From the NCBI GenBank assembly GCA_038861395.1, contig JAWCDE010000001.1, forward strand, positions 73,144-137,143: a stretch of DNA of 64,000 bases, in the 5' to 3' direction. Each line of letters opens with the position of its first letter. The first letter of the stretch is position 1. The translations under genes and the position numbers were made by a program. The notes beneath the pieces are model-generated. The model made no database searches. It was not told the origin of the DNA and saw only the letters and a list, made by a program, of their open reading frames with translations. Source of the DNA: Thermoproteota archaeon (GTDB lineage: Archaea; Thermoproteota; EX4484-205; JAAOZP01). Positions 20,265-30,664 of this stretch are shown one piece after another.

Positions 20265-20462
20265 CCACCTATAAATCCTGAATGGAGATATTTAAGCTAC
20301 TCCGTGTTTCTACTTAAGAGATTCAGGTGATTTGAGAAAAAGGAAAGCCACTACGATTTTACGGATCAATACTTCTAACTGGTATCTTTAAACATCTTCT
20401 AAAACCAGTATGGGATTAAGAAAGAGGAGACGCTTTGGCGTCTAGCTGGCTATCTTCATAAG

Positions 20463-20901
20463 GTGATGTTGCTGACGGAAGAAGAAGGTTTAACGTTGAC
20501 AGATAGCCAGTGGAAGAGAGATTTTGGTGAGTGGATGACCTTCCAAATACTATGGGGCTATGGCTTATTTGAGGATTACCAAGTAGAGGTAGAGGGCACC
20601 GAAGGAAGAATAAAAGCTGATTTTAAAGCAAGCGGAAAGCGTTTGGTTAAAACGAAAAACATGGAGCCTCGCTGGGTGTTGATAATACATGGCTAAAGAC
20701 GCTAGAGAATGAACTCATAAGATACAGAGAAGCGGTTGAGGCGGGAAACGTAGAGAGTGTCGTGCTGTTCCTCTGCAATTCCCTTGGGCAGAAAGAGCTT
20801 GCTCATCTGGAGAGCAAGCTGAATGAGTGGTTCGATGATCTAAGCTGGTTGAAAATATGCAATGGGAAGGAAGAGTTCATAAAGTATCTAATGGGATCCT
20901 A
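20463..20901 (+). pseudogene. Frameshifted small gene (77-aa ORF plus a contiguous 83-codon open frame in the -1 frame)
   Basis: The ORF 20463-20696 ends ...PRWVLIIHG*. A second protein-like frame with no start codon, opening after a TAA stop at 20648-20650 (...NEKHGASLGVDNTWLKTLENELIRYREAVEAGNVESVVLFLCNSLGQKELAHLESKLNEWFDDLSWLKICNGKEEFIKYLMGS*), runs from 20651 (in-frame stop at 20648-50; 83 codons, ~46 overlapping the first ORF) to 20901. Confidence 0.35.
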
Positions 20902-20969
20902 AACCAAACGAATGATAGTTAGAAGCTTACGGTTATCATCAAAATGCAAGCTCGATGAAGAAAGAAGAT

Positions 20970-21311
20970 CTACCCTATTGCACAGAGATAAACATCCCAG
21001 CTTCCTACGTATATTGTACCGTCTGCCCCAATAGCTGGGGAAGAGGAAGAGATAGCGTCCTCAGTCTTATATCTCCACTTAAGCGTTCCATCTGGATTAA
21101 CGGCGTGAAGATACTCCCCACCTCCCACGTATATCGTACCGTCCACTCCGATTGCGGGAGAAGAATAAGCCAAACCATCCGTTGCATACTTCCACTTCAA
21201 CTTTGCCTCCTGCGCGCCAAGATAAGGAGACCTCCCGGTATGCTGGGGATCGTGCTTGAACATCGGCCAAGGATTTTCAGACACTCTTACTCTATGCTTA
21301 ACCCTATTCAT
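20970..21311 (-). pseudogene. Truncated PQQ/BamB-like beta-propeller repeat protein remnant
   Basis: Only 113 aa with two propeller blades (YSSPAIGVDGTIYVGG, SSSPAIGADGTIYVGS). Intact family members carry 6-8 blades, and no continuation appears in any frame downstream. Confidence 0.45.
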
Positions 21312-21721
21312 TCTGCTAAAATATTCCTGAATAAGGTATTTAAATCTCCACGTGAAACGGGAGGAAGCAAAGCTGCTTGACGGAAAAGAGGCCCTGCTTT
21401 TTCAAAACTTGTCAAATTTTTTATTTATTAGTAGAGAAGCACCGTGTAAAACCATATTCTTGCATCAGGATACTTCCTGCGTATTTCCAAGACCTTCAGG
21501 AAAAAGTCGGCGATTTTCTTTATATCTTCTTCGTAATGCTATATCGGGTCTTCGCACTTACATCTATAGAAATAGGTTTGCCTTAAAAACTTACGTTTTA
21601 AAGCCCCTTTTAACCCATTTCTCCCTAAAAATCGAAAAGAGGTGAGACATAACTCTTGAGAAAGGCTTAATAACCCATTTTCGAGAGAAACCTTCGTCAA
21701 AGCTAAAGGTGTCAACCAGAA

Positions 21722-23908
21722 TTGCCCAGATACAAGACCACGGAAGAGGTATTGAAGCTTTCGAAGAACCTAGAGAACATTAGAAATATTTCGATTTGTG
21801 CTCATGTTGATCATGGTAAGACCACATTATCGGATTCTCTTTTGGCTGCTTCAGGATTATTGTCGCCGACGGTGGCAGGTGAAGCACTAGCACTGGACTA
21901 CTTGAAGATTGAGCAGGAGAGACAGTTCACATATAAAGCTGCAAATGTATCGCTATATCATGAGTTAAATGGTAAATCGTATATAATTAATTTAATAGAT
22001 ACACCTGGACATATAGACTTTACGGGTAATGTGACTCGTAGTTTGCGTGCTATTGATGGTGCTGTTATTGTTGTTGATAGTGTTGAGGGTGTTTTGGTTC
22101 AGACTGAGACTGTTACGCGTCAGGCTTTGGAGGAGTATGTTAGGCCTGTACTCTTCATTAATAAGGTTGACCGTTTGATTCGTGAGCTTAAGCTTACTCC
22201 GCAGGAGGTTGAGAAGACTCTTCTGAAGATTATTGCTGATTTCAATAGGCTTATTGAGCTTTATGGTCCTGAGGAGTTTAGGTCTCAGTGGCGTGTTGAT
22301 GCTTTGAAGGGTATGGTTGCTTTCGGTAGTGCTAAGGACAGGTGGGGCTTTACTATTCCAAGGATGCAGAAGGCTGGTTTGAAGTTTAGCGATGTTGTTT
22401 CTGCTTATGAGAATGGTAGGCAGGCTGAGCTTACTAAGGTTCTTCCCTTACACGATGCTGTGCTGGATATGGTTATTAATTTCCTTCCTCCTCCTTCCGT
22501 CGCTCAGGCTTATAGGATTCCTAAGATTTGGAAGGGTGATTTAGACAGTGAGGTTGGGAGGGCGATGTTGAAGTGTGATCCTAATGGCCCGGTTGTGATG
22601 GCTGCTTCCCATATTAGGGTTGATCCTCAGGCTGGTGTTGTTGCTACTGGGAGGCTTTTCTCCGGCACGGTTTACGAGGGGCAGGAGGTTTACCTTATTA
22701 ACTCTAGGGCTAAGGGTAGGGTTCAGCAAGTCTGCCTGTACATGGGTCCTCACAGAGAGGTTGTTGGCGCGATGTCTGCGGGTAATATCCCTGCGTTGCT
22801 GGGCTTGGATTCTGCTAGGGCTGGTGAGACTATTACGACTCTTCAGGATCTTGTTCCTTTTGAGAGTATTAGGTATGTTTCTGAGCCTGTTATGACTATT
22901 TCCGTCGAGCCTAAGAATCCTGCTCAGCTCCCTGAGCTGGTTAACGTGATGCATAGGCTTAGCATTGAGGATCCTAATCTTAAGGTGACTATTAACGAGC
23001 AGACTGGCGAGTATCTTCTCTCAGGCATGGGTCAGCTTCACCTTGAGGTTGCCACCACCTTTATTCAAGAGGCTGGTATTCAGATAACTACTTCGCGCCC
23101 AATAGTTATCTACAGGGAGAGTATTAGGAGAAAGGGCAGCCCTGTGCTGGTTAGGTCTCCTAACGGGCATAACAAGGTGTTGATAGAGGTTGAGCCTCTT
23201 GAGCCGAAGGTTATAGAGCTTATTGCAACAGGCAGGATAACGGAGTTCACTGACAGGAGGGAGGTTGCTAGAATGCTTAGGGAGTGCGGCTGGCCTGCTG
23301 ACGAGGCCCGGGGTGTTCAAGCTATTAGCGAGAGCTTCAGCATACTTGTCGACGCAACCAAGGGTGTTCAGAGGCTTGAGCAGGTTTCCGGCAGTATTAG
23401 GATGGGCTTCATCGAAGCCATGAACGAGGGTATTCTGGCGAGGGAGCCTGTTAGAGGTGTTAAGGTTAAGCTTCTCGACGCAACTATTCACGAGGATCCT
23501 GCTCACCACGGTCCTGCTCAGATTATTCCAGCCGTGAGAAGGGCTACTCATGCTTCTATTCTTCTCGCAGACCCCGTTATACTGGAGCCTATTCTCAGGA
23601 TAGATGTGAGGACGAGCATGGATCAGGTTGGGAACGTCACGAGGGTTCTGAGCCGTATCAGGGGCAAGATCCTGAGCATAGAGCAGAAGGGGTTGATGAC
23701 TTTCATCGTCGGAGAGCTTCCTGCAGCGGAGAGCTTCACCCTGTCTGAGGATTTGAGGAGTGCTACCGGAGGCAGGGTTTTCTGGGATACTAGCTTCGCC
23801 AGGTGGGAGCCTGTTCCAAGCCAGCTTTTCAACACTGTGGTTGCTGAGATAAGGAAGAGGAAGGGGCTTCCCGCGGAGATTCCGAGGGTGGAGGATCTAG
23901 TAGAATAG
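21722..23908 (+). CDS. fusA: Translation elongation factor 2 (aEF-2)
   Basis: A 728-aa protein with the G-domain motif AHVDHGKTTLSD and DTPGHIDF. TTG start. Confidence 0.92.
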   Translation: MPRYKTTEEVLKLSKNLENIRNISICAHVDHGKTTLSDSLLAASGLLSPTVAGEALALDYLKIEQERQFTYKAANVSLYHELNGKSYIINLIDTPGHIDFTGNVTRSLRAIDGAVIVVDSVEGVLVQTETVTRQALEEYVRPVLFINKVDRLIRELKLTPQEVEKTLLKIIADFNRLIELYGPEEFRSQWRVDALKGMVAFGSAKDRWGFTIPRMQKAGLKFSDVVSAYENGRQAELTKVLPLHDAVLDMVINFLPPPSVAQAYRIPKIWKGDLDSEVGRAMLKCDPNGPVVMAASHIRVDPQAGVVATGRLFSGTVYEGQEVYLINSRAKGRVQQVCLYMGPHREVVGAMSAGNIPALLGLDSARAGETITTLQDLVPFESIRYVSEPVMTISVEPKNPAQLPELVNVMHRLSIEDPNLKVTINEQTGEYLLSGMGQLHLEVATTFIQEAGIQITTSRPIVIYRESIRRKGSPVLVRSPNGHNKVLIEVEPLEPKVIELIATGRITEFTDRREVARMLRECGWPADEARGVQAISESFSILVDATKGVQRLEQVSGSIRMGFIEAMNEGILAREPVRGVKVKLLDATIHEDPAHHGPAQIIPAVRRATHASILLADPVILEPILRIDVRTSMDQVGNVTRVLSRIRGKILSIEQKGLMTFIVGELPAAESFTLSEDLRSATGGRVFWDTSFARWEPVPSQLFNTVVAEIRKRKGLPAEIPRVEDLVE

Positions 23909-23912
23909 TGGA

Positions 23913-24242
23913 CTAGGTTCTGCTTTCAACAGGCGCCTTGATAAGGCTCCAATCTATCCTGTTCACAAGGTCTTTAAGAACTTTCTTAAGCTCATCCAAT
24001 GCTTTCTCCCTACCCAGTTGGCTAGCATTCCAAGTAACGAATGGAGGGTAGAAGCTTGCCTCCTTGAACTTGGGCTTTCCCTCCTCTATTTCAAACTTTA
24101 TATAGCCTACTTCTCTCAGGTAACAGTTGTCGTTGGGGCATAGAATGTCTATTTCGTTAAGCTCCTTCTTGAGGTAGAGAAGCTTGAATTCAGAAGCGTT
24201 CTCTATCTTCCTGCCGCAGGGACAGATTAGTGTGGGACTCAT
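23913..24242 (-). CDS. Small hypothetical Cys-rich (Zn-binding?) protein
   Basis: A 109-aa protein with CPCG...CPNDNC cysteine pairs. Confidence 0.4.
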   Translation of the reverse strand: MSPTLICPCGRKIENASEFKLLYLKKELNEIDILCPNDNCYLREVGYIKFEIEEGKPKFKEASFYPPFVTWNASQLGREKALDELKKVLKDLVNRIDWSLIKAPVESRT

Positions 24243-24295
24243 TTTCCCTAAGTCTACTTTAGGTCTGTCTTAAAGTTTTCCTTAATCAAGTTGTA

Positions 24296-24312
24296 GATTA
24301 AAGTTTTTATAC
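24296..24312 (+). promoter_or_regulatory. Candidate TATA box (TTTTTATA) upstream of the thermosome gene
   Basis: TATA-like octamer about 40 nt upstream of the ATG at 24350. A GAGGTGA Shine-Dalgarno-like motif lies 7 nt before the ATG. Confidence 0.4.
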
Positions 24313-24349
24313 CCCTCTCTTCAAAAGAGGTTTCCGAGGTGATATTAAA

Positions 24350-26005
24350 ATGGCTGCTATACCCGCAACGGTGGGAGGAACGCCTGTTCTCATACTCAAA
24401 GAGGGCAGTACGAGGACGAGGGGCAGGGAAGCGCAAAGAAACAATCTGAATGCTGCAATAGCACTGTCTGAAATAGTCCGTTCTTCACTGGGTCCGAGAG
24501 GAATGGATAAGATGCTTGTAGACTCCCTCGGCGACGTTACGATAACCAACGATGGCGCAACTATTCTGAAAGAGATGGAGATCGAGCACCCTGCTGCAAA
24601 AATGATGGTTGAGGTGGCGAAGAGCACCGACGTTGAGGCTGGCGACGGAACTACGTCAGCCGTTGTACTCGCCGGAGAGCTTCTGAAAAAGGCTGAGGAG
24701 CTTCTCGACATGGATGTCCACCCGACCATCATAGTTGACGGTTACAAGAAGGCTACTACCATGGCTCTTTCCTTCCTTAAGGAGATTGCCAAGGAGGTCA
24801 AGCCCACTGACAGGGAGGTTCTTAAACTAATAGCCATGACTGCTTTAACGAGCAAGGTTGTTAGAGACTACGCTGAGCAGCTTGCAGACATAGCGGTGGA
24901 GGCAATTTTAAACGTTGCTAAGGAGGAGAACGGCAAGTACAACGTTAGAATCGACGACGTTAAAGTCGAGAAGAAAGCGGGCGGCTCAGTCATGGAGACC
25001 AAGCTGATTAAAGGCATTGTTTTAGACAAGGAAGTTGTTCATTCAGGTATGCCTAAGAAAGTGGTTAACGCTAAAATAGCTATTCTGAACAGTCCACTCG
25101 AGATAGAGAAGACCGAGTTCGATGCTAAGATAAGCATTGAAAGCCCTGAGCAGATTAAGGCCTTCTTAGATGAGGAGCAGAAGATTCTTAAGGGCATGGT
25201 TGACAAGATTGTTGAAGCCGGTGCTAACGTAGTGCTCTGCCAGAAGGGTATTGACGACATTGCGCAGCACTATCTTGCTAAAGCAGGCATACTCGCAGTC
25301 CGGAGGGTTAAAGAATCTGACATAGAGAAGGCTTCAAAGGCGACTGGAGCAAGAATCGTCACCAGCGTTAACGAGCTGTCCAAGGAAGACCTTGGCTACG
25401 CTGGCTTAGTGGAGGAGAGGAAAGTCGGAGAAGATAAATGGGTATTCATAGAGCAGTGCAAGGATCCGAGGTCTGTAACCATACTCATAAGAGGCGGGAC
25501 GGAGAAAATGGTTGACGAGGCCGATAGGGCCCTGCACGATGCTCTCTGCGTTGTAAAGGATGTTGTCACCTACCCGTACATCGTTGCTGGAGCAGGGGCT
25601 CCGGAGATAGAGGTGGCGATGAGAATTAGGAAGAAGGCTGAGACAATAGCTGGCAAGGAGCAGCTTGCAGTATTAAGGTTTGCAGACGCATTGGAGTCAA
25701 TACCATCGGCGCTTGCAGAAAACGCTGGTATGGATCCGATAGACATAATCGCCGAATTGAGGAAGAATCATGAAGGTGGCAACAGGTGGTATGGAATCGA
25801 TGTGTACGCTAAGAAAACTGCTGACAGCTGGGCTAATAATATCATAGAGCCTCTTCTAGTAAAAGAGCAGATAATAAAATCCGCTAGCGAAGCCGCCAGC
25901 ATGATTCTGAGAATAGACGATGTGATTGCTGCAGGCAAGCTTAAGGAGAAAGAGAAGCCCCCGTCTCCACCCTCTGAGGGAGCAGGCGGAGGAGAACTAG
26001 ACTAA
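24350..26005 (+). CDS. thsA: Thermosome subunit (group II chaperonin)
   Basis: A 551-aa protein with Cpn60/TCP-1 signatures ([24 protein letters not shown]). Confidence 0.92.
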   Translation: MAAIPATVGGTPVLILKEGSTRTRGREAQRNNLNAAIALSEIVRSSLGPRGMDKMLVDSLGDVTITNDGATILKEMEIEHPAAKMMVEVAKSTDVEAGDGTTSAVVLAGELLKKAEELLDMDVHPTIIVDGYKKATTMALSFLKEIAKEVKPTDREVLKLIAMTALTSKVVRDYAEQLADIAVEAILNVAKEENGKYNVRIDDVKVEKKAGGSVMETKLIKGIVLDKEVVHSGMPKKVVNAKIAILNSPLEIEKTEFDAKISIESPEQIKAFLDEEQKILKGMVDKIVEAGANVVLCQKGIDDIAQHYLAKAGILAVRRVKESDIEKASKATGARIVTSVNELSKEDLGYAGLVEERKVGEDKWVFIEQCKDPRSVTILIRGGTEKMVDEADRALHDALCVVKDVVTYPYIVAGAGAPEIEVAMRIRKKAETIAGKEQLAVLRFADALESIPSALAENAGMDPIDIIAELRKNHEGGNRWYGIDVYAKKTADSWANNIIEPLLVKEQIIKSASEAASMILRIDDVIAAGKLKEKEKPPSPPSEGAGGGELD

Positions 26006-26050
26006 GCCTTTAATCCCCAGCTTTTACCTTTCTTTTCTTTTTTCCAATAA
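26006..26050 (+). terminator. T-rich tract after the thermosome stop
   Basis: ccagcttttacctttcttttcttttttcc. Confidence 0.3.
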
Positions 26051-26208
26051 GGCTTTCAAAATTGTTTTAAAAATAATTCTTATCTCACTCTTCATACTTA
26101 AGAAGCATTTCTAAGTTCTTGGCTTTATAGGGGTCAAATAAGTTGATTGAGTAAAAACAATTGGCAGCGTCTTCTGTTCTAATGATTTGATTAATTTAAT
26201 GACATGGA

Positions 26209-26299
26209 TGCGGCGCCCGGGATTTGAACCCGGGATTCCCAGCTTGGGGGGCTGGTTTTAGGGAAGCAAGCCTGTCCTACCAGGCTAGACCAGCGCCGC
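26209..26299 (-). tRNA. Probable tRNA-Gly (anticodon CCC) with a 17-nt non-canonical intron between the D-stem and the anticodon stem
   Basis: Reverse complement: GCGGCGC-TG-GTCT-AGCCTGGTA-GGAC-[aggcttgcttccctaaa]-A-CCAGC-CCCCCAA-GCTGG-GAATC-CCGGG-TTCAAAT-CCCGG-GCGCCGC-A. Arms are near-identical to the intronless tRNA-Gly(TCC) at 43127-43201. The anticodon loop is unusual (C33). Confidence 0.55.
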
Positions 26300-26607
26300 T
26301 TATCTAAGTTAATGTGTAAAATGGTGGATAAAAATTTTACAGCGAATTATGCTTCTTCTCCACTCTCCTATTTCTAGACTCAAAACAAGGCGAATAAAAG
26401 GTTTCCTCCGCGTTTTCACTATATTCAAAAGAGAATTCTTAAAGGGCTTGCGAGTAGGTACAACTGTTTTCCCCAGAAAGCTTAAAAACGCCCCTTTAAA
26501 ACCACTTTAATGTGGTGGAAAGCGATGAATTCTCTGGCCTTTGGGACCATGATTCCCGAGATCTTGAGTTATGAGCTTCCACCACTCTTCTACAGGAGGT
26601 TTGAATA

Positions 26608-27546
26608 TTGAGTCTAGAACCCACTGGTGCTCCACTCAGAGTTTCGGATTTAAGTTTAAAAAGGGGAGATCATTTCCTACTTTCGAACATCAGCTTTGTT
26701 CTAGACCATTCTGAAATACTTGGAGTAGTCTCCAACAGGATCGAGCCCGTTGACCACTTGTTCCGTATCCTGCTTCTCTTAGAGAAGCCGACATCAGGCA
26801 CCATAATATACTTCAATAATCCGGTTATTCAAAGGAAGGATTTGATTAAAAGAATCGGTTTCTACTCCTGTCAGATGGACCTGCTTGGAAACTCCACGGT
26901 ATTGGATAATCTACTTCTCTCAGCCTCAATGCATGGCTTGCACAAGGAAAAATCCCTAGCTAGGGCGAAGGAAATACTCTCATTGTTCGAAGCATCCGAC
27001 TTGGCTCCGGTAAAATGGTTTAGGCTCCCCCTATCATTGAGAAGGAAGTTATGCTTCGCATCGGCCTTCATACATGATCCAGCCGTAGTATTATTGTACG
27101 ATCCTTTTAGAGGAGTTCCTTTTGATGTCGCGGTGTTAATGAGGAATTTCATAAGGACCTCCATAGACTTAGGAAAATCCATGATAATCTTCTCAACGAC
27201 TCCGCTATTGCTCGACGAAGTATGCGACAGAATCATGGTTTTACATAATGGGCAGCAGACCGCTGTGGATCATGTTGAAAGCTTTGTCACAGGCGTTGGA
27301 GGCCCCGGAATACTTTCCTTCCACGTTTCAAAATTTAATATAGAGGCTAATATTGATGCTCTTGAGAAAATGGGCGTAAGCTGGTATGCTACCGGAGAGA
27401 ACGAGGCGGTTATAGAACTGGATAATGCTCCAGAGAAGATACAGGGTCTTCTGGATCTGCTTGTTAAAAAAGGTGCTGTAGTAAACAAGATAATAAGCAG
27501 TAGGCAGCACCTGCTTGAGTCTGCGAACAGGTTTATGGAGGTTTAA
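26608..27546 (+). CDS. ABC-ATPase-like protein with degenerate catalytic motifs
   Basis: The 312-aa protein follows the ABC NBD layout, but Walker A is absent (GVVSNRIEPVDH instead of GxxGxGKS/T), the signature reads LSLRRK instead of LSGGQ, and Walker B reads VLLYDPF instead of hhhhDE. Confidence 0.5.
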   Translation: MSLEPTGAPLRVSDLSLKRGDHFLLSNISFVLDHSEILGVVSNRIEPVDHLFRILLLLEKPTSGTIIYFNNPVIQRKDLIKRIGFYSCQMDLLGNSTVLDNLLLSASMHGLHKEKSLARAKEILSLFEASDLAPVKWFRLPLSLRRKLCFASAFIHDPAVVLLYDPFRGVPFDVAVLMRNFIRTSIDLGKSMIIFSTTPLLLDEVCDRIMVLHNGQQTAVDHVESFVTGVGGPGILSFHVSKFNIEANIDALEKMGVSWYATGENEAVIELDNAPEKIQGLLDLLVKKGAVVNKIISSRQHLLESANRFMEV

Positions 27547-27551
27547 CAAGG

Positions 27552-28265
27552 TTGGTGAACTTATTCCTCCAGGAGTTGAAGCTCTTCTTTACTTCACCGC
27601 TCTTCATAAGCCTAGAGCTTGTTTCAGTCATTGTAATCGCGGTGCTAAAAATCGTCGGAGGTATCTTTAGCAATCTAGCAGTTCCAGACGAATTGTTAGC
27701 AGTCATATGGTTAATGCTCATCCTCTACTCTACATATTTCGAACTCGAAATGTGGCGTGAATGGTTTTTAAACAAAGGTATTAAAATCAAGATTTATACT
27801 AGCTATTCTTCTCAAACTCCTTTTCTGGTACACTCTGTTGTTTCGTTGGTTTTACTGGAGTTTAAGACGCTGGTTTTCATCCTGCCCTATTTACTACTCT
27901 CGTATGTTCAAATGCCCTCCCTACTATTTTTTATGATCGCTACACATGTTAACTGGCTTCTATCTCTTTCCATAGGTAATATTTTTTCAAAGGAGGCGTT
28001 TAGTAAGCTAGCGGATTCAACAGCTTCTTTCCTGTGCGTGTCTATCTTCAATACAATTATTTTCCTCTCATTCAACCAATGTTTTTCATCGCCCGCTTCT
28101 CTTTTCTCTATGGTGCCTTGGCCTGTGCCTTCGCTAGAAAATGATAGAGTAAACAATCTTAATGAGCCGGTTTTCCTAGTTGTATCTATCCTATCTATAG
28201 TGTTCTACGCTATAGCAGTATACGTAAACTATAATGCTGCTAAAAGCATTCGTATGGACGATTAA
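27552..28265 (+). CDS. Polytopic membrane protein (ABC-2-type permease-like)
   Basis: A 237-aa protein with about 6 hydrophobic segments, immediately downstream of the ABC-like gene. AT-rich. Confidence 0.45.
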   Translation: MVNLFLQELKLFFTSPLFISLELVSVIVIAVLKIVGGIFSNLAVPDELLAVIWLMLILYSTYFELEMWREWFLNKGIKIKIYTSYSSQTPFLVHSVVSLVLLEFKTLVFILPYLLLSYVQMPSLLFFMIATHVNWLLSLSIGNIFSKEAFSKLADSTASFLCVSIFNTIIFLSFNQCFSSPASLFSMVPWPVPSLENDRVNNLNEPVFLVVSILSIVFYAIAVYVNYNAAKSIRMDD

Positions 28266-28453
28266 CCGTCTCATAATAAGGGGAAAGATTAATATAGTCC
28301 TCATGCATGAGGGCTCCTGCTTAGGAGGTGCAGCAAGTGTACTCGATGAATAATGCTCCAAGGGGGCGAGATCCCGTCCGCCAACTGCTTACGCCCTAAG
28401 AGCCTCACCTCCTTTAGCGACCATAGCTACAATTCTTCATGGAGGTGTTTTCA

Positions 28454-30127
28454 ATGGTTTCAGGAGCTAGACTAATAGTTGATAAGCTTAGGGAAAATAG
28501 GGTTAAGACGGTATTTGGAATACCTGGGGGAGCAGTTCTTCCACTGTTCGACGAGCTATACAAGGCTGGAGACATAGAGTTTATTCTAACGAGGCATGAG
28601 CAGGGCGCTGCCCACATGGCTGATGGGTATGCTAGGGCAACTGGGAAAGCTGGTGTTGTAATAGTAACATCCGGCCCAGGTGCCACTAACCTAGCCACCG
28701 GCATTGCAAACGCATACTTAGATTCCTCTCCAGTGATAAGTATGGCTGGCCAAGTACCAACATCCTCAATAGGATACGATGCTTTCCAAGAGGCTAATAT
28801 CTTCTCCATGATGATAGGGTTGACTAAGATGAACTTTCTGCCGAGAAACCTGGAGGAATTGAATTCCGCTCTTGAAAACGCTTTCAAAATCGCTCTCTCA
28901 GGAAGGCCTGGCCCAGTTCACATCGATATTCCGAGGGATGTTCAACTAGTGGAGGGTGAGCCGAAGAACAATATCTTCTCGTACTCCTATAATCCTCCAA
29001 TACCCTCTGATGAAGAAATATTTCTAGCATCAAGAATGCTTGCAGATGCGGAAAGGCCTGTTATACTTGCTGGCGGCGGAGTAATAATGTCAGGAGCCTC
29101 CAGCGAACTTGTTGCTTTAGCAGAGTTGCTAAACGCTCCGGTAGTGACTACTCTAATGGGGAAGGGCAGTATTCCAGAGGATCATCCTCTTTCACTGGGT
29201 TGTGTAGGTATGCATGGTAAACTGGGTGCAATAAGAGCTGTTCAAGAAAGCGATGTTCTCATCGCTGTAGGTGCAAGATTTAGCGATAGGACTACAGGTA
29301 AGTTAAGTGGTTTTGCTCCAAGAGCTAAGAAAATACATATTGACATAGATAGGTCTGAAATAGGGAAGCTCCTTAAGCCAGATATCGGTATAGTGGGAGA
29401 TGCAAAGTACGTTTTGAACAAACTTTACTCAAACCTGGTAAAGATGGTTCAAAAGGGTAAGGCTGGGAAATGGGGTGAGAAACTCAAACAGCTTAAAAAA
29501 GAGTCTGAGTTCCTTTATGATTACGATGGTGTGCCAATAAAACCGAGTACTGTTGTTAGAGTTCTAAACGATTACGTTGCTCCTAGTGACTTTGTAACTA
29601 CTGAAGTCGGCCAGTGTCAAATGTATGCCTCTCTACACTTCTTAGCGAAACGCCCAAGGCAATTCATATCCTCTGGAGGACTTGGAACAATGGGCTTCGG
29701 GCTTCCTGCAGCAATAGGTGTTAAGGCTGCTTTCCGCGAGCAAAGAGTTTTCGACATTGCTGGCGATGGCAGCTTCTTCATGACATGTAACCAGCTACCG
29801 GTTTCTGTAGACTACAACCTCCCAATCATAGTGGTTGTTCTCAACAACTACTTCTTGGGGATGGTTAGACAATGGCAGGAATTGTTCTATGGCAGGAGAT
29901 ACATAGCTGTAGATCTTAAGGGTAAGGCTGATATAGCAAAGGTTTCAGAAGGATTTGGCGCTAGAGCATTCAAAGTATCACGGGTCGGCGAGCTTAAAGA
30001 AGCTTTACAAATAGCTGTTAAACAGAATGAGACAACTGTAATAGACGTGATCGTTGAGCGGGAGGACAACGTGTTTCCAATGATTCCGCCTGCAGCAACG
30101 CTTGATCAAGTCATAGCTGGGAGGTGA
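28454..30127 (+). CDS. ilvB: Acetolactate synthase large subunit (ThDP-dependent)
   Basis: N-terminal GARLIVDKL...VFGIPGG, an internal FAD/ThDP-fold region, and GLGTMGFGLPAAIG. The probable start is the ATG at 28454, downstream of the tracked 28439. Confidence 0.9.
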   Translation: MVSGARLIVDKLRENRVKTVFGIPGGAVLPLFDELYKAGDIEFILTRHEQGAAHMADGYARATGKAGVVIVTSGPGATNLATGIANAYLDSSPVISMAGQVPTSSIGYDAFQEANIFSMMIGLTKMNFLPRNLEELNSALENAFKIALSGRPGPVHIDIPRDVQLVEGEPKNNIFSYSYNPPIPSDEEIFLASRMLADAERPVILAGGGVIMSGASSELVALAELLNAPVVTTLMGKGSIPEDHPLSLGCVGMHGKLGAIRAVQESDVLIAVGARFSDRTTGKLSGFAPRAKKIHIDIDRSEIGKLLKPDIGIVGDAKYVLNKLYSNLVKMVQKGKAGKWGEKLKQLKKESEFLYDYDGVPIKPSTVVRVLNDYVAPSDFVTTEVGQCQMYASLHFLAKRPRQFISSGGLGTMGFGLPAAIGVKAAFREQRVFDIAGDGSFFMTCNQLPVSVDYNLPIIVVVLNNYFLGMVRQWQELFYGRRYIAVDLKGKADIAKVSEGFGARAFKVSRVGELKEALQIAVKQNETTVIDVIVEREDNVFPMIPPAATLDQVIAGR

Positions 30128-30131
30128 AAAT

Positions 30132-30629
30132 ATGGCTATAGATGAGAATAAGAGATTCATTGTTCTCAGAGTTCTCAACATACCGGGAGTAATGGAAAGA
30201 ATCTCGTCGATATTTGCAAGAAGAGGAATTAATATAGATACTATCACTGTGGGGGTGATAAACGGGAATTCTTCTCAGATCTCCCTTACATTCAATCTTC
30301 CCGAGGATAAGTTTGAGAATATCGTGAAGGTTTTAGAGAAGAACCCATGTGTGCTTGAGGTTAAAATAGGATCGCTTGAGTCAGACGTTGTAAGAGAAGC
30401 CTTTGTAGCGGTTCTTAGGGATTGTGATACTAACGTTAGCGACTATATCAGGATTAGGTATCGCGCTAGGACAACTTTATTAAGCGAGTCAAGGCTTCTA
30501 GTAGAGTTACTAGCAGACCCTAGGATGGTGAATGAGTTTAAAGAGGAATTCTCAGACCGTATAGAAAGCTTTTCGCGAAGTGGAGTGATGATTCATACAT
30601 TAAACCACTACAGAAAGTTAAAAGCTTAA
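30132..30629 (+). CDS. ilvN: Acetolactate synthase small (regulatory) subunit
   Basis: ACT-domain N-terminus (FIVLRVLNIPGVMERISSIFARRGINIDTITVG). 165 aa. Confidence 0.8.
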   Translation: MAIDENKRFIVLRVLNIPGVMERISSIFARRGINIDTITVGVINGNSSQISLTFNLPEDKFENIVKVLEKNPCVLEVKIGSLESDVVREAFVAVLRDCDTNVSDYIRIRYRARTTLLSESRLLVELLADPRMVNEFKEEFSDRIESFSRSGVMIHTLNHYRKLKA

Positions 30630-30664
30630 AAGAATTAGTAAATTCGTCAACTGCGTGATTTGAA

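Noticed and set aside
21312-21721. C/D-box sRNA or other ncRNA in the large gap upstream of fusA, and in the other gaps at 16.6, 26.0-26.6 and 58.6-58.8 kb
   Set aside because: I scanned by eye for RUGAUGA...CUGA box pairs and conserved hairpins and found nothing convincing. They are left uncalled.
22541-23551. Minus-strand ORFs of 137 and 176 aa inside fusA
   Set aside because: They are antisense to the unambiguous EF-2 reading frame and have Arg/Leu/Asn-rich composition typical of GC-skewed shadow ORFs.
26608-27546. Functional ABC ATPase
   Set aside because: Walker A, the signature and Walker B are all absent on direct inspection, so it was annotated as degenerate rather than active.
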